From the NCBI GenBank assembly GCA_964035545.1, contig OZ037765.1:27651504-27715503 (forward strand): DNA of 64,000 bases, written 5' to 3'. The translations under genes were made by a program, and so were the position numbers. Within the stretch, counting starts at the first letter, position 1. The number at the start of each line of letters is the position of its first letter. The notes below the pieces were generated by a model, which was not told where the DNA came from, ran no database searches, and saw only the letters and a list, made by a program, of their open reading frames with translations. Below, piece after piece: positions 12,447 to 27,589 of the stretch. The stretch comes from Bugula neritina. Its lineage: Eukaryota; Animalia; Bryozoa.

Positions 12447-13963
12447 GTATGGAGCAGCTCAACCTGTTTGAATTTTCCTGACAGAAACATAGTTATCTTC
12501 TCTATAACAGTAATTGTTGATACGAGAGCACCAAGTAAAGATGCTGAACACAAGCCTCTAAAATCTAAATGCAACTATTAATCCTTTTTATGCATATCTG
12601 TAAAATTTTCAGTGCAGGCTAACTGATATTAGTCTTTTATTCATTTTGTTAGCTGCTTACTTGTGTATTCAAAGTAATATTTTGAAATTTTTCAATTGCT
12701 CTATAGTTGGTGGTAGGCAAATATCTATGTCATGCATTTCCACAAAAGCAACCATGTTACGTATGTACTTTTTACTGCTAAGTGTTGTTAAATTATATTA
12801 TGCACAAATTTCAACCTAGCTGCAGTTTATTTTAATTTAACTATATTGCAAACAAAGTTGTAGTGTTAAAGTGCATTTCTAACATATTATATATTATTTA
12901 CATACACTTTCAATTTTTGATTGGCTCAGGTTTATAGCTTTAGAAATATACAAAATTATACATATATATAATGCTGGAGTATATTATATTAGGCTTTATA
13001 ATACTAATGAGGTATTTATTAATCTATTCCAAGTTTTGCTAAAGGCCCTAGCTAACATTTGACCTTGTATTGTTGCTAGTTATAACAGTCCAGCCACATT
13101 ACACAATATAGCTAGTAAATAAGGGGTAGTCTCAGATATTCTTGGCATAATAATATATTTGTAGTATTAATGTATATTAATTCTAATTTGAAACGGGGCA
13201 TAGGTGAATAGCTTTGAGCATTTCTTTGATTGTCCAAAAGTGTACATACAGAGTTGATAAAATATTAAACATGTATAAAAAATGCTCAATACAAAAGTGT
13301 CACTATATTTTATATACATTAGAAACTAGGCACAAAATAGCAATCATTACTATTCTTAGCCAAATATCCTGTTAGAAAAATACTATTAGATGAAAAAAGT
13401 TCACCTAATTAAAATATCCCAAAATACAAATAGCGCAGCTCTATCCAGTTAGGCTGCAGTCGAGATATCTGTTAAGAGTTATCTACCCTAGAAACAGAGA
13501 GCCACATGACTCCCACAGTCATGGTGCATATAAGATTCAATTTGTAATCTAAATATAGATGATCAAATTGGCATAATTTTAATGAACTTAATTTCATATA
13601 CCTAAACAGGGGAAAGTGACAGTTATTTTAGTATAAAACTAATACAACTATTTGCTGAAGTCTCCAAACATATCAACATAAGCATTGTCTTCACCATTAT
13701 TTGCTGGCATCAGCAATAAAACTTTTCAATTGACAAGCCACAGGTTAATTTTAGAACACATTGGTTGCCATGTTAACCCAGCTCCATTTGCATGAAATAA
13801 TGCTTGTTCTTATGTATATATGAAGAATCTTAAATCAAAATAGTATTATGCATTTAGTGTTAGCAAAATATCTAAGTTACAAATCTTTGGGTAGAGAAGG
13901 TAAAAAATATTGCAGGAGCTCCAATGACAAAGAAAAGTATTTGTAAAATGTTTAATTCCGGCA

Positions 13964-16900
13964 TCATTCATGATAGATTGTCAGCCCTTGAGCAACAGCA
14001 TTCTGGTGAGCCTGCACTTGATTGGCCAGATGTAAATTGGTTAATGATACATCAACTTCTGATACAGGTTTTACTTGACCAGTCACTTTATCCCTCACAA
14101 CTTGTGTCCCTTTTGTCCTTTTCCATTTCATTCTTCGGTTTTGAAACCAAACCTTTACCTAAAGTAACAATTAAAAATCAAATAAAAATTGCTGCTGTGT
14201 AGGTAGACTTTCAGTGTTGGTATTGCTGTCAGCTGACAATGTTATTATTACAGGCTGAAGTTCAGTAGAAATGGTCAGATTAGTATTGCTGGTTTTTGTG
14301 ACATCTCCCAGGCTGAGCCTGATGACATATCAGGCATTGGGCACTTTACATCTTGTGAATATTCTGATTTATATTAGCTAGGAGTTATTTACTCTTGTTA
14401 GGTTTTTACAACTAATCAAGTTTATGAATATTAAATATATTTTAGTCAAAAACAACTTAATCTTTAATGCTAATTAGGAAAATCTATACAATAAAATAAC
14501 TATAAGTGATACTGTATAGTTACACACATTTATAAGTATTTATTATATTATTACATTTTTCTGTAGAGCAAAATTTACCACTTCCAACACCTGACGAGGA
14601 TGGAAGTCATTACCATTCAAAATGTCATAGTAAAGCATCATTTTAGCTCTTAGTTTTAAGTAACTTTTTGTAATTTTTGCATCAACAAAATAGATCAGCA
14701 GCAAAACAAAGTTTGAAAAGTTCCATATTTACTCTTGTACATCTATGCCTAGAATACCATGGTCATGCTTGCATTACAGCTTGGCTTTATTATTTTCCAC
14801 TTTCAGAGTTATAGAATGTTCTAGCTAATGCTCATTACTTTCTATGTGCATACCTGATTGCAGATACAGCAATTATTTTCTAATAAAACAGCTTCATTAC
14901 TTAAAGCTACTTTTACTGCATATTAATAGGTATATTAGTAACGCTGAATTTTTCATGAGTTCCCAGTTGCATTATTTCAAAACCTGCCCTTACGGTAAAA
15001 TATCAACAACCAAAAGAGTGGTATGCTGAATCTCCATACAAAATTACGATGAAACTTCTACTATACCCTGATATGATGTGCTTTTTATGTTTTATTGTTA
15101 TAGTAAGAACCTAACTTACAAAATAAATGGATTTCTCTACACTTGTTACAATTCTTTGGATTATATAGAACACATAAACCCATCTATAGAAGTCCGTTGA
15201 CATCATGTGATTACACAAACACCACTGGTTCAACCACAGCAATGTGTATGCAAGCAAAACGATTGTTTCCTTTGGCAGCTTCACAGAAAAATAATGCATG
15301 GGAACAGCTGCCTGTAGCAACCATATTGATTAATTTTATGGTTATGAGGATCTGAGTGGTAAACCTTATTTGAAGACATTCCTCTATATATCATGGCATA
15401 TAACTTCATAAATTGGCAAATAAAAATGATTTCAGCTTCTGTGCATTAGATTAAACAGCGATATATTAACCAGTTGATGGTTTTTCAGTGTTATTTGCTC
15501 CCACTATGGGAATGTCAGTATGCACCCAATGCTTTCAACTGACAAGAGTTGACTCATCTAAAAACTGATAACTATTTTTTGGAACTGATTTGAATTCTTT
15601 GTAGATCCTAAAAGTTTGATTGCTTTGATAAGCATGGAAGGCACTAATAGCTACTGCTTGCTTCTGCATCCATAAAGTACTCATTGAAGTTTTGCAAATA
15701 CAACAAAAGCAACTATAGGCCATCATTACTAAGAGAGTTGTCGATTTCAACAAGAGTTTCCTTTTATTTCAAAAGCTCACAATAATTAACCTAAATCTAA
15801 ATGTATAATTTGGGCAGCTCATAGTATATAGGTGATTTTTAAATTAAGAGGGTTAATGATAGGCCTGCATATGAGCAGAATATAAATTAACAACTGCATG
15901 AGAAAATTGCTGGGTATTTGGGGCTTTAGAATGTCTCTTCACATTTATGACTAAAATGTTGCTGAAAAACCTCATAATGCCAGACTATAAACTTCTTCCA
16001 AATTCTGGTATTCAATACTCATTATCAGATAGTAAGTATGTTTGGCTGTATATGGTTTATTTAAAGAACAAATTTTGTACTTGTACAGTATTTATTTGTT
16101 TACTCAGTATTTGCAGTTTAGGCTTTTACAGCCTACTAGACCTTCTACTATATACTAATACTACCAGCCACTAGATATGTTTGGCTCATAATGTTACATG
16201 ACCAAAAAGCTACAAGCTGATAAACATCTACTGTTTTTTCTATCTGCGCTTAGCATACAATATAAAACTCTATTATCATAATAAATATGACATATTCGTG
16301 CTTATGATGGCTGAATAAATTTATTGAAATGCCACAGACACTAAGCAGATGTTCGTGAAATAATATTTATTCTGGGCAGTGTCATGTGGAGTAGTGCATA
16401 TTTTGGTTTTGTTCACCACATTTGGTTTACCATACAGGGTTCATAACCTTTCCCTGCAGTACAGACTGCAGTAAAATTAGACTAAAACTGTCTGATTCAC
16501 ATTTTGTAATCAGAAGTCTGTAGACTAAAAACCTAACACTAATGTTTCTATAAGTTTCGAGCTGCATTAGGGTCTCACCTGCCGTTCAGTAAGATCTAAG
16601 GCCATAGATATTTCATATCTTCTCAATCTAGTCAAATAGTTATGATTCAGAAACTCTTTCTCCAACTCTTTTATTTGATGTTTCGTAAATGCAGTTCTTT
16701 CTTTTCGTGGCTTACTTGATGAAAAATTTCCAGAATCATCACTTTCTAAAATATAATATTATGATTAGAGAATATTTAGAAAGCTACCTTCACACTTGTT
16801 CATTGTTTTATAACAACATACATTTCTGGGAAACTTGGCAGATTTTAAATTATTTCATTATTTCAATTTTGCTAATTGTAAATGTATTATACTAATGATA

Positions 16901-19900
16901 TTAAATAACTTGGTTTCACGGACAACCTATAAAACATAAAACTTTCAAATACTTTTTTCTAATTTTATCCATGCGATACGTTGTGATGATTACTTTTTTT
17001 ATATTATCTATATAAAATAAGCAAAGCAAAAATAATGTATATGACAACTGATGTATAAAATATAACATATAAATATGTGAGCAAATGTTAAAGGCTGCTT
17101 ATTAATCCTAATTCACAAAGGTTGAATTTACTAAAGTGATACAACATATACTAATCAAATTATTAGGTTTTAAAGTATCTTATAAGTGCCGTATTAAAGC
17201 TTCAAAGTTGATAACAACCAAAGTATTATAGTCACAAAAATTATGAACTGTAGGTGATTTTACCCTTCATATGCAAACAAACCGATATTTCTAATAAAAT
17301 GTTCAAGCTAGAATTTAATCTAAGGCTTTGAATGTAAATACAATTAGGCAATAGTATAAAGAATATTAGTAATTGGTTATGATAAGACTGGAAAACTATC
17401 TTTACAAGATTCTATACTAACTGATATGGCTATGAGTTAAAAGTGCGATGGCAGTGGCAAAGACTTGGCACACTTGATAAAGGAGTTAATTAAGTTAACT
17501 TAGTTTTTGTGACTTTTAATTACAGATTAAAATTCTCCATTGTAATGAAAGATTATCAGAAAAAAACTTGAAAAATAATTCTGTTCTAGTAATGACAACA
17601 TGTTAATATGCTTGTAGCAACCCCTAAAAATAGTATGTTGTATATGCACTATGAACAAAAATGTTTAGACTTTAGGGAGTTTTAGAACTTCAAGCTAAAT
17701 GAAAATTATTCACAACAAAGATTTGCCTTCTACTTATTCCTAAGCCTATGTCTTATTTTACTGGGAACAATGTTTTTCATTAGCCCTCAGTAGAAGTAGT
17801 TAACATTTCAATTGCCATAAATCTTATAAGGGAAATACAAATTTTATGTGAGGCTATAAAAAATAATGTGGGATGAGCTCACACAAACATGAAGAAAGCT
17901 TTGATGATTGAGAGTGTAGGCTAACTGCAAGTTATAGTTGCTGTTGACATTTATTGACTTAAAAACAATATTTAAAGTTCACTGCTTAAATAAGCAACAA
18001 AAAACAATGAAATTTTAAAGGAAAATGATATACATAATATATATTTGCAAATAGCTGAACTATTTTGCTTACTGTTGATACTTGATGGGGTGTTTTAGTA
18101 GGAATAATGTACAATACTACCTATAGGCATAACACAAATACTTTTTTATTTCTATACGCTAACTAGCTTTATTTATTATTTATTATAGATTGTTTCCTAG
18201 TTTTTGAATGCATACAGTGGTTAGAGTTAGAAGAAAATAGCAAGGGTATACCATAAAAATCACTACTAATTTGAGGGCCTGAGGTGCCAGCAGCCTCAAG
18301 TTTCCTATAAGTCTTATAAAGCACGACGTCAGAAGTAAAATACCATCTTGAGCAATCAAAAATATTTGAACTTGTCCTCTTATTTCTGATAAAGCAGAAT
18401 GGCAGGAAAAAAGCCAACTTATTTTTTTAATTTATCTTCTTTTTTAGGCTGCGATTTAAATCTTTTTTGGAACAAAATAAATTATAAGAAAGATAAGGAC
18501 TATTGGATTAACTGGTAATTTTAAAACTAAAACATAAATGATCACTTGTGTGTTGTATTTGCATAAGGATAAGTTAGATTCTTGTTGAGGTTTTTACAAA
18601 AAGTGACTTATTATATTGATATTCATTTGTTAAAAATGATTTGTGTTGAATTTGACATTTCTACTAATAAAAACACATAAACAACACACAAACCTGAACA
18701 AATTGAACAGATGAGTCGGAGAAACTGCTCATTTTGGAAGCCATTGAGGAAAATAATAGTGATGGTTATAAACAGTAGCTACAACACATTGCATGTATTA
18801 GCTTTTAATCACTAGTTTAGCATAGCTATTGAATGCAATGGGGAATTATATGCTGGGAGTACTGTTTAGTTTTAGAGGACTCCAAAAACAACAGTGAGGT
18901 ATGGTGTGCCCCTGCATACCCCCAATTTTGACCACTACATTGACTAAAGATTATTAAAAATGTAAAAATACTACTTGTTATTTACAAAAAAGACTAAGGA
19001 ATGATGCTCAAATTAGGATGGAAACAGCATGTAGTAAAAATATCTAAAACTAGTTCATATAACGCTGCAATATTTCGAGTTTTTCTTTTACTCAAGTCCT
19101 TGAATGGTTTCACTGCCCGCATTCCACCATTCAATTGCTTAGTAATTGTATAAACTGTGCTATGAGATATAACACAAATAATCATTAAAGTTATTAATAT
19201 ATTCCATTACTTTTTACACTTTCTTCGACTAAGGTCGCTAGTCTGCAGTTTGTATTGCAAATACTTAATTCTAAAGCTTGAGTTGAAAACAAGAAAATAG
19301 CAACTAGAAACTAATGTTTTCATATAAGTATTCTATAAGCTCATCATATCTATTACCAAAAAGTACCAACTAGACATTACATTTGAATATCACTGGGTGT
19401 TGTAATTATATAATATATTACAATTATAATATTATAATTGATTATAACTATTGCCCTGCAAGTGTTGGTAAAGATACCAATTCAAGATACCAACTCAAAG
19501 ATGTTAACTTGCATGGCAGGCACAAAGAAAATGATTACATGAGTAACTTATATTAACAAGTTTTAAAAAGTACCTTGATTATCAGCCTATCATTGCTACT
19601 GTTTAAAAACACCAAAATATAGTTTCAATAACGAACAGGCCACTGTATATATATATATATATATATATAGAGCAAACAGAGCTCACTGATATTATGTTGT
19701 AACAGTACACAGCATAACTGAACTTGATGTGTCCAAGTTTTTAAACTATTTACCAGACTAATAACTTGAATCATGGGAAATAAATTAGGGCATCAATTAT
19801 TTTAAACCATTTTATGATAAGAGCCTAATTTCAACAACCAGCAGAGGCTTGCACAAGCTGAAACTAAACTTGCTAACATTTCGAAAGGAGGTCAGGGATT

Positions 19901-22900
19901 GAATGATGAAGCATTTGAATAAAATGGTACAAATGTAAAATCTAGAAAAACATTTATAAACTGTATTACAAGCATTATGGTGTGTACTTACTAGGGGAGG
20001 ATTGACTTGTATGTATGAGTGGAGGCTTTTCCTCCATGTGATCTGAAGTAGTTTTGTTAGAATACATATCTGAAGAAACTTGTAGAGACGTAGGTGAGCC
20101 ATGGTTAAGCTGTGAGCTAGAGTGAGCAACTGGTATAGAGTGAGTTGATGTTGTCAGATCATCTGCCCTTGGTATTCGTTGGGAACTCTACAAATAAAAA
20201 CGTATGACCAGCTATGAGCTGTTATAGGCGCAACTGAGTTTTTAATCTTGAATTTATAAATAAGTCAGGCTGCTGTAGGTATATAAATATATGTACACAC
20301 AATTACCACAATCTAGCTAACAAAATTCTGACATTTAATTTTTATAAATATAGGTTATTATAATTGTTAGCATTATATAGACTTATTAGACTTGTATAGA
20401 TTATTCAATGCGTTTATTAGTTCATTCTTTTTGCCTATATTAATATTAGGCTTTCTAAAATCTGCATGAATTTAAGGTTTGAAAAATGGAGATTCTCCAC
20501 AAATCAAATTTTTAGTTGAAATTACTATAAGCCCAAGGGCTGAATTGAGCGCAAACTACTTCCTCTCAGGCTTGAATGAATTTCTTGTAACACATCTATC
20601 CAAATTTGAGTACGTTTTAACTATAAGAAAATTAGAGTTTGAATGAACCAACAATGACTTACAAGCTGAGCATTTTTATATTTCCTGTAAACATGTCAAA
20701 CATCATGATTCATATTAAGGTTCATGAAAGAAGACTAATAGACAAGTTCCTCAACATCAATAAACATTGTGTCTCAATTAGCGTGAAAGAAAAGCAAGTA
20801 AAACAGAGAACTAGCCACAGATTCACGGTATAATACTATTATGTGTGCACAGTACTCCCTGCATGGCGTTTTTTACAGCTTGCTAATAAAAACATAGAAT
20901 TTATTTCCTGCCTGACCATACCACCATGCATAGATGAGTTAGTAAGAGATGAGATCAAATAGAAAATGGCTGTTTACCAATCTTTCAAGTCATAGATTAT
21001 ATAAGTTAGAATTTAAATTAAAGAAAATTATTAGCTAGGGGCAGATGCACAATTGAATCGTAAAGTTGTTTCTGTTGAAAAACATTTAAACCCTTTTCTA
21101 CTAAACCAAAGCATATAATACATTTTTCCATATTACATACATAGTCGCTTGCTTTCTGCGGCTCACAACATTTTTTTATATAATTTCAATTTCCTTTCCA
21201 TTGCAATAATTTATGGCAAACAACACAGACTAAGGAGTGTAATGCCTAGCAACAACTGAAATGCTAATCTTCAAAATATTGTAAATTCAATAGCTAGAAG
21301 TTTATTGCCTTTCAAATATATTTTGCAAACAAATCTGGAATAATCTTATGAGTTTCTGGTAGCCAAAACTACCCTTCAGACTGTTTCAATTTTTTTTTAG
21401 ATCAACAGTGCAGTTAAAAACAACATGGATTGAGGTAACAAAAAATAATTATTGCTTCTAACAAAAAAGTTCACATTTGAATATTTTGAAAATACAACCA
21501 ACTATATACAGTTTATATACTTGATCAATAAATGCAAATGTAAACTGCAAAAAATACCCTATACACCTTTTTGTAAGAACAGAATATATTAGGTTACTTG
21601 GCATTTGTTATATACTTGTATGATACTTAGCAGGTTTACCTGCATGTAGTCTGGTATATATGCATCTCGGACTGAGTGAGGTGCAGTGTTGATGCCCCAA
21701 TCTGGTGCATATCCATAAAAAGGAGAGATTGCTGAGGAGCGTTGCATTGGCTGATGCCATGCTATAATGATACAATACAAAATACCAGTTACAAAACAAA
21801 ATATAATAACTGGAATAACAACTTAAAAAACACAATTATAAAAACTGTACTCTGCTTATAGTTTCTAGAAAAAATAAAAAGATAGTACAATGTGGCATCA
21901 TGGAGGCTAACATGGTACCAACTATCTGGTAAAGCTGCAGAACTAGTTTTATATATAACACAACAAATTACTTTGTTTTCTTTATAGCTATAAACTTATA
22001 CAAACAATTATACTTTATCATTTATGTACAATATGTATATCACAGTATATGCATTATATTTTGACAAAAAAACCTCTGCTTTTATATTAGTAATACAAAT
22101 ACTTACTAAATATTTGTCAATTGCAAAGCAGCTAAAGTTAATGCATGCAGGCACTGGTGTTTATAGCAGTTTAAATTAAATGACTGTCCATAAACTGTGT
22201 GGCAATTAAAAGTAGCCCTATGACCACTTCATTATCCTTAGCCATTTCAGAAAGGTATCAATTTCAACACAACGCATGCAACTAGTATGAATAACTGTAG
22301 CAGATCATGCAGTAAATACTAGTGTTAAAGAAAAACAATCACAATGCAATTACGATTATTAAAATTATGTAAAATACATTCTGTTGGACAATTTTTGAGT
22401 GATTTTACATTAGTTGATTGATGAATACTAGCACTAGCACTACCATCAAACTATTAAATTAAGTATATTTTTATAATCTAAAGCCAAGAAAGAAGACCTA
22501 GAGTATGGAAAATACTATTGAGTTCAATATGCACTTACATGTTTATGATGTATAGTTGTATAGAAAAAATTATCGAGTATTACTTTCATAGAAACTTAAA
22601 TAAAATAATTATCCCAATTCTAATAAATATTTTGTTATAATGAATCGAATTTGTTAGAAAGGTATTCTTCTGTCCCAATATGGAAATTATATCAACCTCA
22701 TTAACTGCAAGTTATTAGGGTTAGCCTAATAACAATATCAATATGTGTGTGAATATCAATAGGAAAAAAACAATATAGATCCAATTGATAAAGTTTGGCT
22801 ATTAAAACAGGCAAATAAATCTAACGGCAATTATTATTATAATTATTATTACATTTTGACAGCAGGTTTGCTATTTAACTGATAATATTATATGCTGACT

Positions 22901-22964
22901 CACCTGCAGGGTAATGTGGTATAGCTGGTGTGCTAACAGAACTATAAAACCTTGGTTGTTGCAT
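13964..22964 (-). CDS. Mox: Mox/Meox mesenchyme homeobox protein (246 aa)
   Basis: Five in-phase exons (22904-22964, 21640-21761, 19992-20187, 16579-16745, 13964-14158; 741 nt). Homeodomain [44 protein letters not shown]|[14 protein letters not shown] is diagnostic of Mox. Confidence 0.96.
19647..19669. repeat. (TA)n microsatellite
   Basis: Perfect TA run in a Mox intron. Confidence 0.9.
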
Positions 22965-25900
22965 TTTTGATTATGTTCAGGACAAGTCCAGACTGCTAAT
23001 GGTGATTAACTTATGATTATAATGATGATGATGATTACTTACAAGGCTCCCAAACTTGTTGACTATTCGCTTGTAAAGTGCAGCTGGCAAATGTCCATTT
23101 GGGGGCGTGTCTAATTGAATCGGCAGCAACACTGTTCAATGAGCTGCCTCATGTTTTGTATGATTGAAGGACAACGGAAGTTTTTGCATAAATTTAGAAA
23201 TTAACAAAATAGAGCAATTACTAAATATGCTGTATGTAACATTACACAAATTATAAGTATAGATATAAGCCTTTATATTAGTATATAAGAAAAACAACTG
23301 TGACTAGCAAAACATCATCTAGTCACCATAAGTAGACAGATCTATACAGAAAAACACAGAAACGTCTTTCTAGATTTAAAAAATTGTCTCCATACTTATT
23401 GAAGGCTGCTTTTAAAAATATTTTTGGTATAATAAAAGGCATATGTACACTGTGTTTCCAGTATATTGAATGGATCCATGGATGGATTTGTGGTTGGGAT
23501 TGCATTAACTTATGGCTGTGGTTTCATTCGATGCAACTGTTTCCAAACATGTAATGGAGTGATATCAATTTTTATGTATGTATAACAAAAATTTGTCATT
23601 TTTTCAATTGAACGCTGTATTTTATTGTAGCACTATTAGTTTTTGCGAGTTTATTGAAAATAAATATGATATTTCTGCATAAGTGTTACATCAAAGCACA
23701 TTTGTGCCTTATGACTATTTAATATTGCAATAATTTTCAAACTGTTACCTATAATAATAGTTTGGAAGTTTATTTTATATTAGAGCAATAAAGAGCCATT
23801 TATAGTAGCTAGTGAGGCCTAGCCCTGAAGAACCCATGAAAAAGAACATCTTGTGTGAAAGACTGTAGCGCAGCATAATATAAAGACATTCCTTTGAAAA
23901 CCTGTGGTAAAACATCAATCTCATTGTTGATACCACAAAAATACTAATGTTTTCTTTATTACCACCTATCAAAATTACATTCACACGCAGCTGACATTCT
24001 ACTCCCAATCGTTTACAGGTCTATATTTAGTAAGGCAGGTAACCACCATCACCTGCTGCTGATTGCTGAACCAGTGCGTTGCTCTGTCAGTTCAATTATT
24101 AATTCACAAATTTTGCTGCCTAGATTTATAAATGGTCACACCTATGTCACAACTTCTCATTAACGGCACTGTTTTTATATAATATAAAGATCTGAAAAAT
24201 GTGTATTTATGTAACAAGGGACTTTATAGTAGCCTATGTCAATTCCATACCAAGTTTTCTGCAGGCCTTTTATGGAAAATTTATCCCAAAGGCTCAATAG
24301 TTTCATATTTTGTAAAATATAAAAACTGAGCAAATAAATAAATACACTTAATAATATATAGGCCTATGACATATTAACAAACAAAACAAATTGAGATTTG
24401 TCTAAACAAATCTCAAATTAATAGCTCTAGCTAGAAAAGCAAAACAGTGCAAGAGAAACTTTTTATTAATTTGCATTGCCTTTTTGTCGGTGAATATATG
24501 CAAAGCTGCCAATATGGCATTGTATAGTTATAGGGAGGAGAAATCCTGTACATATAATCCTAAAGCTCTGATAAATCATTGTGCGTAGTTTCTGTATCAA
24601 TTTTATTGACATTATACTAGCAAAATGGATTGATAGATGATTAGATATAGGCTTGTATAGGTATATCGGAACTCAAGATCTAGCATAATTTTAAGTGGGA
24701 GAAAAGAGCTATATGTCACAGCTTACACTATTTATTTTGTGTGTTTGTTAATATTTATCTAAATGTTTACATTTTGTAGCTATTTTGCTGATGATGGGCT
24801 TTATCTGTAGGCCACATGGAGCAGCACATGTGCAGTTCTTATGGAAAGTAAACTGAACTTTCGTTTGATGTTGATGAGAGAGAATTAGACACTTCTGTCA
24901 GCTGGATAAATGCATTCTTGTATAAACAATTATAAAGCCATTATCTGATAAACTGTCAGATAATGAGCTATACAATTTCAACATTATACCAGCTCTCTAT
25001 GCTCATCGATTCTTGTATTGCAAATATATATTATATTATTGTGTATAAAAACTTGCATTTGATATAAGGATAATCTTTAGTTTGCAGTATTTTTGGGTAT
25101 CTCTATATGGAAAGCTTGCAACAACATTTTTTTCTTACATAAACTGAAGCAAATAGCAAAAGAAGATTACATTGTGCTATACCTACCTATAGAATATATG
25201 AGAAAAATGCAATTTTTCATAATTGCAACTGTACAAATTGCTCTGAAAAAAATGACCCATGTACACAATATATGACAATATTTAGCTTATATATAAATTC
25301 TCAAAATAAGAGTATACTGGACAACCTTTTCTATATTATTAGGTTTAGAATAGATTATGAATTAGTTGATGGTGAACTTTTATTGAGTAAAGTTATGGTA
25401 ATTTGAAGGTGTATAAGTCATATGTAAATTTTATTTTTACCTAATCTGCATGCTTTATGCAGGACTAAGGTGAAGTGATTAATCATGCAACTTTTGAGCA
25501 TTTCTATTGAAGTAACAGTTTAATGTTCTTTTTCAGTCAAATATTAGAAACAGCCTACAAGTTATTATTTATATGCAAAGATATAGCTAGCAGTAAGTAG
25601 TTAGTAACTAATTTTTATGAATATAACGATTTTGGCTGTATAAAGTTGATTTGGTCTAAACTCTAATGCAAATACTGTACATGTGTGTAGAGCTGTGTGA
25701 TTTAAGCAACTCTTAGTAGTTATCTTTCCAAATTATTTCAACGCTATGAATTGCTTTTGCGCATCTAACAGCTGTGTCAAGGTCGAATGCGAAGAAAATG
25801 TTTATGATCATAATTATCATTATGGTATGAATTGAGAATGGAAATTAAAATACCATTTTCACAACCATGTTATTGTTATTGTTTTCTGACAATTTATTGT

Positions 25901-26059
25901 ACTTCTTATGAAAAATATATATAATTGAAATGAGCTTTTGAACAAAATAAAAATGTCAAAGCTCAAAAACTGAACGTTAAACAGTAAAAATAAACATTAA
26001 ATTTAATAAAAATAAAATTAAAAATTAAAGCTGAATTTTTCGTAATCGATCTATAGACT

Positions 26060-26960
26060 TAGACTAAGACTATACTTCATTGAATGATTGATATTCATGA
26101 AATAAATATAATTTTTAATTTTGTATACTTAATATATAATTATATGTATTATAGTAATACTAATAGTATAAATATAATAATGCTATTAGTATAAGTATTA
26201 CAGTATCAGTATGAGTATTACTATTACTATTAGTATTAGTATTACTATTAGAATTAATATTACTCAAGTATTAGTATTACTATTACTAACAGTATTAGTA
26301 TTAGTATTCATATTGATATTATATTAGTATTAAACTATTACATTTAGTTTTACTATTACTCAATTAGTATTACAAAACTACTGCTAATATTCCATTTTTT
26401 TAGTATTACAACTTTTACATACTCGGACTTTACTAATACTCGTAGATATAATAATAATTATGATATAATATAGGGCTATAATACTATTAGTATTGGTAAC
26501 TTAAACTAAAACTCAATTCACAATCACCTTTGTCCTCAGTTATTAGTCATTGGCCATTGCTTTAGGGCGAAGGTATATATTGGTTTGATGAGCAATCTGT
26601 AATGCTCATTATGATTATCATTATGAGATTATCCATTATGGTTGTAAGTGATTATGATTGCATTTGTCATTGTATGCTCATTACTCTTTACTGATGGTGA
26701 TTACCTTGCTTAAAGTTAATAGTTTTAGTAATAGTAATAGCAATAGTGCTTCATCTAATCCTTATTCTATTACTTTCTGTAAAGTATAGTATGATAGTGA
26801 TAGTATGCAGCTGTTTACATTGATATTCATATTAAAACTAGTGACTATTACTTTTAGTATTACGAGTTTAGGCCTAATTACTAATATTAATTCATTTTGT
26901 TTAAGAGTATTAATAATACTAATAGTATTACTATTTAAGTAAAAACATTGAATAACAATC
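26060..26960. repeat. 3-bp-periodic (ANT/ATN)n tract in the inferred 5'UTR intron of RPAP3
   Basis: AGTATTACTATTACTATTAGTATTAGT and ATTATGATTATCATTATG. Confidence 0.85.
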
Positions 26961-27589
26961 ATTTTCCTAACATATAATGAATTTGAAATTTAAAATTTAA
27001 AATGAATAAAAGCTAATTTTACCAGTTTTAATACAACTTTTGTTTGCTGTTTATTATTAGTATAAGAATGAAATATATTGTTTTTTAGGATGTATAATTG
27101 TATAATTTTTTACGTAGCAACATAATAGTTCTAAACTATGTAATAATCATGCAAAGAGACTTTACTTTAAAGATATGTGCTAAAAACTATAGAACATATA
27201 ATAAGGAAAAGCTAAGGTTATCAGCTGAAAAGCCTTTTAGTTGGTATAGCAATATAGACCATTAAAATTTCACTTTCATATAGTTTCACAAATACTTGTT
27301 TTTTTTCACAATGCATTGAAGTATTTAGGACAGCTACATATTCAACTACTGATAAAATAATTCATATAGCCTCTTCATTTTATTATTTTAATATGACTAG
27401 AAAAGAAAATAGTATTTGTTTTAAATCAATTCTTTTAGAAAATAGTTAAATTATTATGATTTTTTGAAGTGACCAGTTTTAACAAGGTATAAAAATAATA
27501 TTCAATAACTATTGTCCAATTTGTCATACTCTATATTAGCACTTAGTTAATTATGTAATATTCAACATATATGATCATTCAGGTATAAA

